Source: Candidatus Nanosynbacter lyticus (GTDB lineage Bacteria; Patescibacteriota; Saccharimonadia; Saccharimonadales; Saccharimonadaceae). From it: 32,000 nt of DNA. This document shows, one piece after another, positions 31,086-32,000 of the stretch (within the stretch, counting starts at the first letter, position 1; each line of letters begins with the position of its first letter). Under the pieces are notes generated by a model. It did not search any database and had not been told where the DNA came from. It was given only the letters and a program-made list of their open reading frames with translations. Position numbers and translations under genes: made by a program. The stretch spans positions 240,001 through 272,000 of the forward strand of contig NZ_CP124549.1 in NCBI RefSeq assembly GCF_030253515.1, written 5' to 3'.

Positions 31086-32000
31086 CTAGGCTTCGCTGAC
31101 CAGAATGTAGGTGGCCTTGGCGGAGCGTTGGAATTGCGGCTTGGCTTGCAAGTTGAGCAGAATGGTGGTTTCTTTGACTTGACGCTTGTCAAGGACGCGC
31201 TTCACGATTTCATCGCGGTGTAGTGGCTCGCCGGCCTCGCGTAGGACGCTGGCAATGATGTCAGCGACGGTACCGCGAGCGTAACCCCACGATTCGAGGG
31301 CGTAAATACCGCGGCCGATCAGGACGAAGCGTTTGTCCTTGATGAGTTCGTTGTGAATGGCTTGGATGGTGACATCTTTGCGTTTGAAGTCGCTGTCCTT
31401 GATGGCTTTAGCAATGTCCGAGAAGTGCATTGGCTGGCTGTTGCTGTCGAGAATGACGAAAATCTTGTCACGGATAGTCTTTGGGTTGACGAGCGGCCAC
31501 TTGACCAGGCCCCATAGGCCGCGGAGATGGGCTAGTTTCTTACTGATTGAGGCCAGCGCGGCAATGTTGGATGGGTGCTCGTAATTGAGCGTTTTGTGTA
31601 GTTCCTCGGCAGTGACTGGCTGGCCGTGCTGTTTGATGGCTTTGACAATTTCTTCAACTTGCTTCTTGATATTCTTCTCGTCGTTTGGCGTGCCGATGAT
31701 GGCTGAGTGGTAATAGTCATCGTTCTCGGTGATAATGTTGATCGACGGATTGAGTTCGGCGATAAAGGCGACGTGTGATCGTTCGCTATCGGTGACATCT
31801 CGGCCGAGGACGTGCTTGGCGAGATTATGTAATGGTGCCGCCCGACCCATTTCCGACAGGTGTGAGGTAACCATCTTTTCAGCAGCCGAGGCACTTGGTA
31901 TACCGCCGTCAGCCACCAACAGGCGCAGGCGAACGAGGATAGCCTTCTCTAGCTGGCGGACACGTTCACGAGTGATCCCGAGCATGTCGCCGATCTGTTC
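31086..32000 (-). CDS. Sigma-70-family factor (region 4 visible) with a ~270-aa C-terminal extension of three HARE-HTH-like winged helices; 5' end outside the window
   Basis: MLGITRERVRQLEKAILVRLR is sigma region 4.2. It is followed by three repeats of a ...P(V/M/L)xxxE(L/I)...(L)WGL/YALESWGY-type module resembling the RNAP delta / HARE-HTH fold. The ORF is open to the window edge. Confidence 0.75.
   Translation of the reverse strand, partial: EQIGDMLGITRERVRQLEKAILVRLRLLVADGGIPSASAAEKMVTSHLSEMGRAAPLHNLAKHVLGRDVTDSERSHVAFIAELNPSINIITENDDYYHSAIIGTPNDEKNIKKQVEEIVKAIKQHGQPVTAEELHKTLNYEHPSNIAALASISKKLAHLRGLWGLVKWPLVNPKTIRDKIFVILDSNSQPMHFSDIAKAIKDSDFKRKDVTIQAIHNELIKDKRFVLIGRGIYALESWGYARGTVADIIASVLREAGEPLHRDEIVKRVLDKRQVKETTILLNLQAKPQFQRSAKATYILVSEA

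Noticed and set aside
1-32000. Search for CRISPR arrays, tRNA/rRNA/tmRNA/RNase P hallmarks, transposases, integrases and inverted-repeat-bounded IS elements
   Set aside because: By eye I found no regularly spaced repeats, no GGTTCGAATCC-type T-arms, no GAGGAAAGTCC RNase P motif, and no DDE or tyrosine-recombinase-like ORFs. Absence by eye is not proof.

Overview
32-kb chromosomal segment read with the standard genetic code. Genes are mostly on the + strand and tightly packed, and overall GC is mid-range by eye. I support about 35 protein-coding genes. I found no rRNA, tRNA, CRISPR array or transposase. Left to right: a histidine kinase / receiver / recO operon; glyQS; an accessory patch from 3.8 to 8.1 kb; a housekeeping run; a lower-GC block at 13.8-16.9 kb; a GH1 beta-glucosidase; a compact dcw cluster; a ~1.16-kb AT-rich stretch with no convincing ORF; then, on the - strand, a large VirD4/TraD-like ATPase and a sigma-70 gene with a C-terminal winged-helix extension. 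The accessory patch holds an AT-rich SAP-motif gene, a NUDIX gene, an AbrB-type antitoxin with Doc, a histidine phosphatase, a strikingly high-GC NmrA-like gene abutting a remnant of a second doc copy, and a CYTH gene with an in-frame TAG. The housekeeping run is SDR, yvcK, HAD, lysA-like, a divergent RelA/SpoT homologue and rnhA. The lower-GC block holds a gene split at a G8 tract, an orphan 325-aa protein and a PIF1-family helicase. The dcw cluster is mraZ, rsmH, ftsL-like, ftsI, mraY, ftsW, murG, ftsQ, with an MraZ-box array upstream. A window-wide signal is that at least 12 genes carry a (TGn)TAnAAT -10 element ending 6-8 nt before the ATG, implying leaderless mRNAs. Gene content and architecture suggest a small-genome Patescibacteria/CPR organism, Saccharibacteria-like, but this is inference only. 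Best candidate for something undescribed: the leaderless operon 14351-16851 (orphan, possibly KwaB/DUF4868-like protein plus PIF1 helicase-HTH) next to the G8-switchable gene. All family calls come from motif recognition by eye; no database search was run.
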